Part shown: positions 53,469 through 64,000 of the stretch, in pieces
Layout: each line of letters opens with the position of its first letter
Position numbering within the stretch: position 1 is the first letter of the stretch
Program-made: the position numbers and the translations under genes
The notes under the pieces: model-generated
The model's database searches: none
Told to the model about the DNA's origin: nothing
Seen by the model: the letters and a program-made list of their open reading frames with translations, nothing else
Source: Octopus sinensis
Lineage: Eukaryota
Assembly: GCF_006345805.1 (NCBI RefSeq)
Contig: NC_043017.1
Span: 6,758,001 to 6,822,000 of the forward strand
Direction: 5' to 3'
Length of the DNA stretch: 64,000 bases

Positions 53469-53682
53469 TTTAACTTTTTGCCATATTCGGCACAAATAAT
53501 ATTCTACCTGTTTTATGTTAAAACTGGCCAGATCTGGCCTCTCACACCTGCCCTACAACGTCATTCTAAAAAGCAATTACATAAATGAAACCACGAAGCT
53601 ATGAGATAATATATAATTAATTCAAAACAATGTTAATAGATGAGTAATATATTTGGCAGGAATCGGAATATTAAAGGGTTAA
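53469..53682. mobile_element. Second TTAA/GGG-ended MITE family; partial copy at about 52575-52765
   Basis: Shared core cacacctaccctacaatgtcattctaaaa...gagataat; ends aaagggttaa. Confidence 0.5.
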
Positions 53683-53936
53683 AAAAGAAAAAGAACTAAG
53701 AAAAAACAAATGCAAGGAGACGTTAGAAAATGCTGTCCTATCAATGACTTTGATTGAAAATAAAGACAGGATAGTCGTGGATGGAATGCCTTTGAAAATA
53801 TGTCTGACCAATCAGAAGTGATCTTCAGCCAAACAACAATTTGCTGCGAGAACACACACTCGACAATGACTTAGTTATTTTACTCATTTGACTTCTCCTG
53901 ATCCGCCACCAAAACGCAGTGGGTTTTGGTCCAAAC

Positions 53937-54660
53937 CAGTGGTTCCCAACTGAGGTCCATATAAGATTTGTAGGGTGAGGGTGGGGGTCCATGTAACGAA
54001 CTAGTAAATTGGGGATCCACAATAGCATTTTAAGGGCCCCTGAAAAAATTTTGCTTGAGATGTATGTATTGGTAATGTATTGCAAGAAACATTTTACACA
54101 GTTCAACCTACTCAAGTTAATGTAAGAAAAACCAAATAGGGGTTTTGAAAGAAGTTTCTATAAAGCTAGTTTTTAGACATTGAATGGCTATGGTGGTGGG
54201 GTGGTGGTCTGTCAATAGAATAGTAATCAAAGGAGTTCACACATCAAAATATTAAATTGGGGACCCACCATAGTATTTTAAGGACTCTTGAAAAAATTTT
54301 GCTTTAGATGTATGTATTGGTGTTTATTGCAAAAAACAGCTGAAATTCTTAACATTTTACACAGTTCAACCTACACAAGTTATCATCATCATCATCATCA
54401 TCGTTTAACGTCCGTTCTCCATGCTAGCATGGGTTGGACAGTTCGACCGGGGATCTGGGAAGCCAGAAGGCTGCACCAGGCTCCAGTCTTATCTGGCAAT
54501 GTTTCTACAGCTGGATGCCCAATGTATGAAAAACCAAATAGGAATTTTGAAAGAAGTTTCTATGAAACTAGTTTTTAAACATCGAATGGCAGTTGGAGTC
54601 CACCAGAATAAAACTGTAATCAAAGGGGTCCATAGAGAGAAAAAATAGTTGAGAACCCCC
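53937..54660. mobile_element. hAT-type MITE with internal duplication and a SINE insertion (54383-54520)
   Basis: Ends CAGTGGTTCCCAAC / GTTGAGAACCCC. Confidence 0.6.
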
Positions 54661-56269
54661 CCGACCTATAGCAAACACACTACTACTATTACTACCACCA
54701 TCACTACTATTACACTGGAGGAGATAACTGCTGTCCTTCCTGCAACCAGTGTCAGCAGTACTGATGACAGTTATGGCCCTTCCTCCGCTCAATCGTTTTC
54801 ACTTCCATAGTTTTTTTTTTTTTTGTTTTTTCTCTACTTCTGAGGTCTGTTAAGCAAGATATGTTATCGACGTATTGTTTATTGCTGTTGGATGTATATC
54901 CTGTTGCTAACCAACCTTCACCTGTTTATTCAAATATGGGATTGCTTACACAACGAAGATCCAGTAGAGGACCTGTTGACAGAGGAAATGATAGCAGCCT
55001 CACTGCCTGAAACTGAGCAATTTTTTTTCCGAGTAATGCAAACATAAACACATTTACATGTGTGTGCACACCCACATTACATGTATAGACTGGTTTCTTT
55101 CAGTTTTTATGTATGAAATCTGCTCAAGTGTCTTTACTATAACCTGTAGGAGAAGACTCTTGCCCATGCATGCCCAATGGGTAATGGGTAAAGACCCCTT
55201 CAGTTATGAATGACCATGGGATTGCCCCTAGAAAGTTACCCTTTGAGGCACAAGTCTGCGTAAGGTTGTTTATGGAGAGCCAACAGTTGCCTATGCATAC
55301 CAGCCTCCTCTTCATACCTATTTCTTTACTACCCACAAGGGGCTAAACACAGAGGGGACAAACAAGGACTGACAAATGGATCAAGTCGATTATATCGGCC
55401 CCAGTGCGTAATTGGTACTTATTTAATCGACCCCAAAAGGATGAAAGACAAAGTCGACCTCAGCGGAATTTGAACTCAAAAAACGTAAAGACAGACGAAA
55501 TACCTATTTCTTTACTGCCCACAAGGGGCTAAACACAGAAGGGACAAACAAGGACAGACAAACGGATCAAGTCGATTACATCGACCCCAGTGCGTAACTG
55601 GTACTTTATCGACCCCGAAAGGATGAAAGGCAAAGTCAACCTCAGCGGAATTTGAACTCAGAACGTAGCCACAGACGAAACACTGCTGAGCATTTTGCCC
55701 CGCGTGCTAACGACTCTGCCAGCTTGCCTCCTCTTCATACCATCACCGCTGAGGCACAAATCCAAGCAGTATTGTTTATGAAAGACCGGCAGTTGCCCAT
55801 GCATGCCAGTTTCCCCCTCTCCACACCGTTGTTGTTGTCCAGGGGAAAGGCAAAGGGGACGATACAGCTTGGCACCAGTGACTTCACAACATATTCCGAG
55901 AGCAGCATGAAATAAAGTGTCTTGCTCAAGAACGCAACATACAGCCCTGTCCAGGAATCGAACTCACTACATCATACATAATGCATTCCAGTGTTGGTTT
56001 GTGTAATTTCTGATGTTTGTTAGACACTAGTTATGTATACTGGGTGGTGTTTATTATCTCCCCTTGGTTTCTCTTTGTCTCTTCCTAAATGCATTCAAAT
56101 GTTGCCATTTACGAGCTTGATAAATGGCAAAATACATCAATATCTTGACCAGGAAACCCTGGGTAGCTGTATTTCACAAACATTTTGTGGTTTATATAAT
56201 AATCTAATATAATAATACTCTTGTTTTTTGTCTTACTTTATGCCTCTCTCATATTCTTATATATATCTC

Positions 56270-56306
<37 letters not shown>

Positions 56307-56342
56307 CCTTTCTCACTCACTCTCTTTTCTTCTTCCTTCCAG

Positions 56343-56420
56343 GGACATTTTACCTACCCCACTCCATCCAAGTGGACAGATGAAGAATTAGGGATACCAC
56401 CTGATGATGAAGAAGAATAA
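56343..56420 (+). CDS. NDUFB2: NDUFB2 exon 3: GHFTYPTPSKWTDEELGIPPDDEEE*
   Basis: Near-identical to the conserved NDUFB2 C-terminus (GHFPYPDPSQWTDEELGIPPDDED); long pyrimidine tract plus ccag acceptor; AATAAA at 56581. Confidence 0.95.
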   Translation, partial: GHFTYPTPSKWTDEELGIPPDDEEE

Positions 56421-56703
56421 AACTGCTGAACTAACTAAAAAATGGCTTTGTTCTATCTATGTGGTTGTTACTACCAATGATGATGATGCTACAGCAACAA
56501 TGACAAGAAAAACAACAAGATGGAACCAGCTACTATCAACAAAGTCCTTCAGCAAAACTATTTCTTTGTGTAAATAGATTAATAAACCTTGATAGAATAT
56601 TGTTATATTATGGAGAATTGATGTGATTCATTTTGTATGTTTAACTATTTCTATTTGCTGGTATATAAGACATGCCTTTTCTAGTTTGAAACTTATAAAA
56701 AAA

Positions 56704-56982
56704 ATTCTGTTGTGTCTGGGGAGAGTCATTTTCTTTTAGTGCCTTATAATTTAACACACTCACCGGTAAAATTTCCACTTATTTCTTATTTTTATTCTCC
56801 TAAAATTTTCGTTGCGTCTTGCAACCTTTTCAATCGTTTTGAGTCGAAACTATTGAAAAGGTTGCAAGACGCAACGAAAATTTTAGGAAAATAAAAATAA
56901 GAAATTAGTGGAAATTTTACCGATGAGTGTGTTAAATTATAAGGCACTAAAAGAAAATGACTCTCCCCAGACACAACAGAAT
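56704..56982. repeat. Near-perfect 279-bp foldback palindrome
   Basis: Arms from attctgttgtgtctggggagagtcatt to aatgactctccccagacacaacagaat pair along almost their full length. Confidence 0.92.
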
Positions 56983-58289
56983 ATGTTTCAACACACGAAC
57001 TCATATAAAGAATCTTGCAAACCAAATCCAAAAACGAAATATAAAAAAATTGCCCTGCTTTTTTAATATGGCTGTGTTACGGATGGAAGACCAGGTTGTA
57101 AGCTAGGGAGCTGAATAAGCATAAATTATTATTATTAATACCAGCTAAGGCAGTGAGCTGGCAGAATTCTTAGCACGCTGGACAAAATGCTTAGCAGCAT
57201 TTCGCCCGTCGATACATTCAGAGTTCAAATTCCGCTGAGGTTGTCTTTGCCTTTCATCCTTTCAGGATCAATAAATTAAATACCAGTAAAACACTGGGGT
57301 TGATATAATAGACTAGTTCCCTCCCTCCAAAAATCAGGCCTTGTGCTTTTAGTAGAAAGGATTATTAATAACAGGTGGCAGAATGGTTAGCACATGGGGC
57401 AAAATGCTTAGCAGCATTTTGTCTGTCCTTATGCTCTGAGTTCAAATTCTGCCAGGGTCAACTTTATCTTTCATCCTTTCAGGGTTGATAAAATAAGTAC
57501 CAGCTGAGCACTGGGGAGTCGGTAATGAAAGAAATGTTAAATTTTCATTTGTCAGATACTGGCAACAAGTGGATGACAACAAAATAATAGCAGTGGTGCA
57601 CCACCCTAGTGGCTGATCACAATAACAATACATAATCAAAAATGCAAGTTTTACATCCAGTATGGGAATTCCCTGCCCCTAAAATTGTTGACCTTATGTC
57701 AAAATTTGAAACCATTATTAAAATATTGAAAAGAAACCAAAAATTGGCACAGACATACAAAGAATTGCTTATGATACATTGGCAGTTTTGTGGAGAGCTC
57801 ACAACATCTCATTATTCCTCCTGCTGCATGCATAACCCTCAATTAGTATGTGTCTTACATTATTTATCAATTGTGTTACCTTTAAGAAATTATTTTTTAA
57901 TTATCTAAATCAGAATTCTTTTAGAAAGATGAAAAAAATGTTAAATTTTCACTTGTCTGTCAGATATTGGCAACAAGTGGATGACACCAAAATAATAGCA
58001 GTGGAGAACAACCGTGGAGGTTGATCACAGTAACACAATACATAATCAAAAATACAAGCTTTACATCCAGTATGGGAATTCTCTTAAGCAAAATATAAAC
58101 TGTACAACCACATATGTATATATAAACAAACTTACATTTGTTTTTATTAGAAGCATTGAATATGTATGGTATGATACAAACAAGGTGGGGATATTTTTGA
58201 ATGCTGTTTGTTGACCACTTTTTCTGCCTTGTGATATTACCCATTATTTCTGCTATTGAAAATATCACCTTTTTGTCTGTATCATACAA

Positions 58290-58629
58290 TCTATCTATAT
58301 ATAAAGCTGAAGTTGTCTGTGTGTGGCAGGTTTGGTAGCCTTCAACTAACACTATCTCCTCCGGGACCCTGTGGCGCAAGTTGACCAAAATTGAGAGTAT
58401 GATAGAAGACTTGCTCTTCCTTCCATAGAAGAAAAAATTCAAATCGGACCATGTTAACACCAAAAATTATTTACTTCAAAAAGGTGCTTTTTTCTATGAA
58501 AATCCCTATTTTATGACTGCTGTGTCGCCATTTTTCGGTGTATTTCAGCAAGAAAAATGTTGCCTTAAAGAGAATAAACAAGCAACATAATGCAAAATTT
58601 TGACTTTTCAAAAATTCCAATTCTAAAGG
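58290..58629 (+). mobile_element. 3'-truncated copy of the 46089-46484 Helitron
   Basis: High similarity from TCTATCTATATATAAAGCTGAAGTTGTC onward. Confidence 0.75.
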
Positions 58630-60094
58630 ATCAAAGTAAAAGAGTAAAGAGTACATCAGAAATAGGTGTATATTATATAGACCATACATACGAAATATAT
58701 ACACCTTTCCATTTGAAAGAGAAGTCGCTGTTAATTAAATTCGAAGTCGTCTTAGAACAGTCAAATGTCAGTTTACCTGAAAAAAAAAAGAAAAGTACAA
58801 CAGTTATTTATAAGAAGAGTTGAAAATAATGCAGGCAAGATTTTACAGCTCTCCGATCGATCGTTTTAAGTCAGTCTATGGACGTTTCAGTCCACGCTTG
58901 GAAAGGTACGAAGGGAAGACGTTGGCTTAATCAGGGTTAAACTGGAGGAGATGATGGTGTTCGTAAGTTGATGCATTGGAAAGGTAAGGTGACAATTGGC
59001 GGGGTGGGAGGGTATGGGGTATGCGATAGAGAAAAGATAGTTGAGAATGGGTCGGAGAAGGTCAAAAGCTAATTGGAAAAACCCACGTTGCGTGCATTGG
59101 CGGATCATTTAGTGTGATCACTAAACGAAACCGGAGTCATGGTTACCATAGGCGGTGGTGGTGAAGGTAATGCCTGAATAAAAACCAGGGTGGTCGTCTT
59201 TGATCATTAGTCACCTGGATCGGAGCTATAAGATATATCACCTGTATTTTATACTAGACACACCATACATACGTATATACATGTTTGCATGAATGTATAT
59301 ATGGATATATAGGTATATATTATGTATGTATGTATAGGTGTATATGCGTATATATATATATGTGTGTGTGTATATGTGTGCGTATATATATATATATATA
59401 TATAAACATAATGCATATATGCACACACATACATACAATATATATATGTGTGTGTGTGTATGTATAGTTTTGTGTGCGTGCGTATGTATATATTCATATA
59501 TATATATATATATATATATGAATATACACACATACAAATACATACAAAACTAAAATCAGAAGCCAGCCGACGATTCTCAGCATCCACATTTTATACTACT
59601 ATTTTATATGCATACATACATACATATACTTACAAACACATGTATGTACGCAGTTATGCATGTATGTATATATGCATAAATATGTGTGTGTGTGTGTGTG
59701 TGTGTGTAATGAGCTCATTGTATATATATATATATATGTGTGTGTGTGGTGTGTGTGTATGCATGTTTGTATGTATGCAAGCATGTCTGCCTACCTGCCT
59801 GTCTGTATATATGTATGTACGCATATGTATGCAGAGCATGCTATGCCAGACACTAATTAATCTAATTGCAGTAACTGCAGTTCCTATATATTTCTATGGA
59901 GTCAGTATTCCTGTACATTAACTCTCACTCATAATCCTATACCAAAAAAACAAAAAGCAAAAAACAAAAAGCAAAAAAAAAAAATGGTTGGATCCAATTA
60001 GGCATCGGTAAGAAATTCTCCATTCTGGCACTGTCTGTGATGTTTTATGGATTATTTCCTGCATCCTAACCGCTGATATGGCTGCGTGGTTAAG

Positions 60095-60402
60095 AACTGG
60101 CACGCTCTCGTTCCAGTTCATTCGATCAACGGAACATCCTACGCGTGAAATTAGCGTACAAGTGGCCGAGTACTCCATAGACACGCGTGTATCCTTAACA
60201 TGGTTTCCAGGGAGATTCAGTGTGAAACAGAATGCGACAAGGCTGACCCCTTTGAAATATAAGCACAACACATCTTTGTCAGCTGAGTGGACTGGAGTAA
60301 TCGGAAATGAAGTGCCTTGCTCAAGGAGACAGCGCATCGCCGGGAATCGAACTCACGACCTTACGATCTGAGCCGAGTACACCTAACCACTAAGCCACGT
60401 GC
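60095..60402 (-). mobile_element. tRNA-headed SINE, family F
   Basis: Minus strand ggcttagtggttagg...gagttcgattcccggcg...ccttgagcaaggcactt. Confidence 0.7.
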
Positions 60403-60575
60403 CTTTGACTGTGGTTAAGAAGCTCGCTGTGCAACCACGAGGATTTGGGTTCGGTTCCATTGCGAGCCACCTTAGACAGGCAACTATCCATGGCTTGCAA
60501 GTGAATTCGGTAGACGGAAACCGTGTGGAAGCCTCATCATGTGTGTGTGTGTGTGTGTGTACACATAAACACACA

Positions 60576-61352
60576 TTGAGTTTGCAAGAAAGTAATTTCG
60601 TTTTTCGCAAACAGAGCTACGGTTTTTTGAATGACATTTGTCAATATTGTGATTTTTTTTTCCTTTTGACCTTTGATAGCCGTTACTTTTAGCTTACTTT
60701 AGAAATAGATTGCGCGTAATTTTGTTTACAGCTGTTAGTTCAGTGTCAATTTTAATATGTAGTGCAACAACGAACATTTTTTTTACCATAGTTTACTTTT
60801 CGTTTCCGTAAAGGCAAGAAAGCTGCTGAGGCTCACAAAGAGCTATGTGAAGTTTATGGTGCTGACTGCTTAAGAAAACGCACATGTCAGAAAGGGTTTT
60901 TAAAATTCCGTCATGGATGTTTTTCACTCAAAGATGACCAACGTTCTGGTCGACCCACTGAAGTTGATGACCAAATCAAAGCCATAATTGAATCCGATTG
61001 TCATATAAATGTGCGAGAGATTGCAGAGAGTTTAACTGTATCGCACACAACAATTGAAAATGACTTAAGATGTCTTGGACTCGTTAAGAAGCTCGATATT
61101 TGGGTTCCACATAAATTGAAAGAGATTCACTTAACCCAAGAAATCACTATTTGCAATATGCATCTCAAACAGGCGCAGGAGTGGCTGTGTGGAAAGAAGC
61201 TTGCTAACCAACCACATAGTTCCGGGTTCAGTCCCACTGCGTGGCATCTTGGGCAAGTGTCTTCTGCTATAGCCCCGGGCCGACCAATGCCTTGTGAGTG
61301 GATTTGGTAGACGGAAACTGAAAGAACCCTGTCGTATAAATATATATATATA

Positions 61353-61429
<77 letters not shown>

Positions 61430-62520
61430 CTGTGTTTGTCCCCCTAGCATTGCTTGACAACCGATGCTGGTGTGTTTACGTCACCGTCACTTAGCGGTTC
61501 GGCAAAAGAGCCCGATAGAATAAGTACTGGGCTTACAAAAGAATAATTCCCAGGGTCGATTTGCTCGACTAAAGGCGGTGGTCCAGCATGGCCGTAGTTA
61601 AATGACTGAAACAAATAAAAGAGTAAAGAGTAAACGCTATGAAATCCACGTTATTTTGAAACAAATCATTAATGGTGATGATAAATGGATTATCTACAAT
61701 AACACCAATCAAAAACGATCATGGTCCAAGTGTAAAGAACCAGCACAAACCACGTCGAAAGCTGAATTACATATATGTCGATTTGGTCGGATTACAAAGG
61801 TGTTGTGTATTTTGAGCTGCTTCAAAGGAACCAAACGATCAATTCAAATGTTTGCTATCAACAACTAATGAAACTGGAAGAAGCAATCTATTCCTTTACT
61901 AAACACAGAGAGGACAAACAAGGACAGACAAACGGATTAAGTCGATTATATCGACCCCAATGCGTAACTGGTACTTATTTAATCGACCCCGAAAGGATGA
62001 AAGGCAAAGTCGACCTCGGCGGAATTTGAACTCAGAACGTAACGGCAGACGAAATACGGCTACGCATTTCGCCCGGCGTGCTAACGTTTCTGCCGAAGCA
62101 ATCAAAGAAAAACGGCTAGAATTGGCAAATCGTAAAGGAATCGTGTTCTACCATAACAGTGCTAGACCACACATATCTTTGCTAACTTGTGAAAAATTAT
62201 TGGAGCTTGGTTGGGAAGTGATGTCCACCATATAGCCCTGAGCTTGCACCATCAGATTACCATTTATTTCAAAGTTTGAAAAATTCTTTGAATGGTAAAA
62301 ACTTTCAAAAATGCTGATGACCTGATATTGCACATGCTTCAGTTTTGGGCTGATAAGGACCAGAAGTCCTATAAGCACGGAATCATGAAGTTGCCAGAAA
62401 GATGGCAAAAGGTCATCAAACAAAATGGGAAAGATATAATTGATTAAATTTCAATCTTTGTAAGAAAAAATATGACTTTTATTTCACATTAAAAACCGAA
62501 ATTACTTTCTTGCCAACCCA
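60576..62520 (+). mobile_element. Degenerate mariner transposon interrupted by two SINEs
   Basis: TIRs ttgagtttgcaagaaagtaatttcg / cgaaattactttcttgccaaccca; motifs KKLDIWVPHKL, IINGDDKWIIYNN, HNSARPH, LAPSDYHLF. Confidence 0.88.
61171..61631 (+). mobile_element. SINE family A nested in mariner
   Basis: Splits the transposase between HLK and RYEI. Confidence 0.9.
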
Positions 62521-62555
62521 CTACACACACATGCACACACACACACACACACACA

Positions 62556-62594
<39 letters not shown>

Positions 62595-62629
62595 CATACA
62601 TACATACATACACACACGAGAAGTGTTCA

Positions 62630-63010
62630 TTAAAGATTTCCCTTGACTCACTTCCCAAGGACTGGGATGAATGAAACTTGGCATAATTATTAGTCCTTCC
62701 CTACATAGCCACCATCAATGGTGACACACTTTCCCCATCGCTTTATAAAGCTGTAAAGATCTCATCTGTAGAAGTCGGTAGGTTGCGTCTAGAGCCAAGG
62801 CTTTTAGCTCGGAGATAAGTTCACCATCATCGGAAAAGTGATTCTTCTTCAAAGAAGATTTTATGATTGCAAAGAGGTAGAAGTCAAATGGTGCGAGATT
62901 AAGGGAGATGAGGAAGGAATTCATAACCGCAGGAGTGTGCCTTCTTCTGGGAAACATGCAGATTGTGAACTGGGGCGAGGACTGGGAGGAGGCGGACTAC
63001 TTTGGTCAGC
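62630..63010 (-). mobile_element. Mariner transposase C-terminal remnant
   Basis: SLNLAPFDFYLF...HFSDDGE resembles SPDLAPSDFYLF...HF; ends in a KCVTIDGGYV-like segment. Confidence 0.7.
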
Positions 63011-63769
63011 ATGCCACGTCACTTTGCCTTGATGGCGTCCCGCATAAGGACCGAAAGAAGTCAATGATAAAATAATAGTTAAAACTTAAATTACATTGTT
63101 TACATTATTTACATTTGACGGATAGTTGCGTACTTGGGTCAATCTAATTGACTGGTCCCCTCCCCAAAATTTCAGGCCTTGTGCCTAGAGTAGAAAAGAA
63201 TATTCTTTGGTTATGCTTTCGATAAAACAGTTACTCCCGCAAAGCAAATTAAATAAGATTTGGGATTTTGAGGAAGGTCAAAATTGGTAACACAAACAGG
63301 ACAGTGAAAACAAACAGGAAGGGCTGCTAAGCCTAAACGAGGTTGTGGTGGCGAACGCGTAAATCAAGCATGGACAGGAGACAGACAAGAACACGTCTTC
63401 CTTGTTCCAGCTACAACGGAGAGAAAGAAACACAAGTTAGGAGATGAAAGAAAAATGGCCGATGGTCACGTGGGAGCCACCTGAGCAGGGGAGAGGGAGT
63501 GAGGGAGAGAGAGAGTGACAGATAAGATACAATAGTGGTAGAAGAGAAGGTAAAGAATAAGAGAGAGAAAGAGAGAAAAACGTAAGAGTAAAAAGATCGT
63601 ATAGAGTGCACATCAGAATTATCTGTTCCTTTTTGTCTAAGTCGCTTGGCTACTGGAAATAAGGTCGGATAACTGTCGTGCTGATGACAGTTATCGAGGC
63701 AGAAACTCATGCTCCTAAATGTTTTCGTTAACGGTTTGTTGTCTCTAGATAATTCTTGACTCTTTAGAT

Positions 63770-64000
63770 CAGAGATGCACAACCTGCGACCCGCGATGAC
63801 ATTTTGTGCGGCCCACAAACCCATTTGGCAAAGACTTTCTTGTTTTAATAAGTAACTGAAAATTAACATAACCGCTTGTATCACAATCACACACTGAAAA
63901 CACACAGAAGAATATTTATTTATCAACTTTTATTATATTTCCTTGTGTTATTTTCCTTCATATTTTCATTAACCTTTCTCATACTACTGTTTTTGTATGT
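63770..64000 (+). mobile_element. Start of a possible hAT-type MITE, may extend beyond the window
   Basis: cagagatgcacaacctgcgacccgcg...gcggccc resembles hAT-Charlie termini. Confidence 0.4.

Noticed and set aside
57960-58463. 167-aa ORF, with similar ORFs at 46308-46502
   Set aside because: Runs through non-coding Helitron sequence and AT-rich flank; no domain
63668-63706. CTGATGA...GAAA motif
   Set aside because: No stem II; the CTGAT lies in the loop of an unrelated 10-bp hairpin (gataactgtc/gacagttatc)
63411-63926. 171-aa minus-strand ORF
   Set aside because: Low-complexity pyrimidine-rich sequence and repeat ends; no recognisable motif or splice sites

Overview
AT-rich, microsatellite- and SINE-saturated eukaryotic genomic window. 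The repeat content suggests an octopod cephalopod (Octopus-like); this is an inference and the species cannot be determined. Most ORFs in the supplied track are microsatellite artefacts. Manual splicing gives three real loci. (1) A + strand CD164/endolyn/porimin (visgun)-family sialomucin locus: one clear signal-peptide exon (13001-13085) and two paralogous complete mucin-TM-tail exons (17465-17817 and 22505-23025), each with its own homologous polyA region. These are either alternative last exons or tandem genes. (2) A convergent - strand six-coding-exon gene (41384->28742, about 964 aa) with an N-terminal VWA domain and a DUF4537-like region (VWA3B/C11orf16-like). (3) NDUFB2 on + (47893-56420), divergent from a candidate first exon at 46000-45886, with a 1-nt frame discrepancy at the exon1/exon2 junction. 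The rest is mariner, Helitron, hAT/Merlin/piggyBac-like MITEs, RTE/CR1/R4-like LINE remnants, several tRNA-derived SINE families, long foldback palindromes and a 100-N gap. One tRNA-headed SINE carries a minimal hammerhead-ribozyme motif and sits as an inverted pair in the sialomucin intron.
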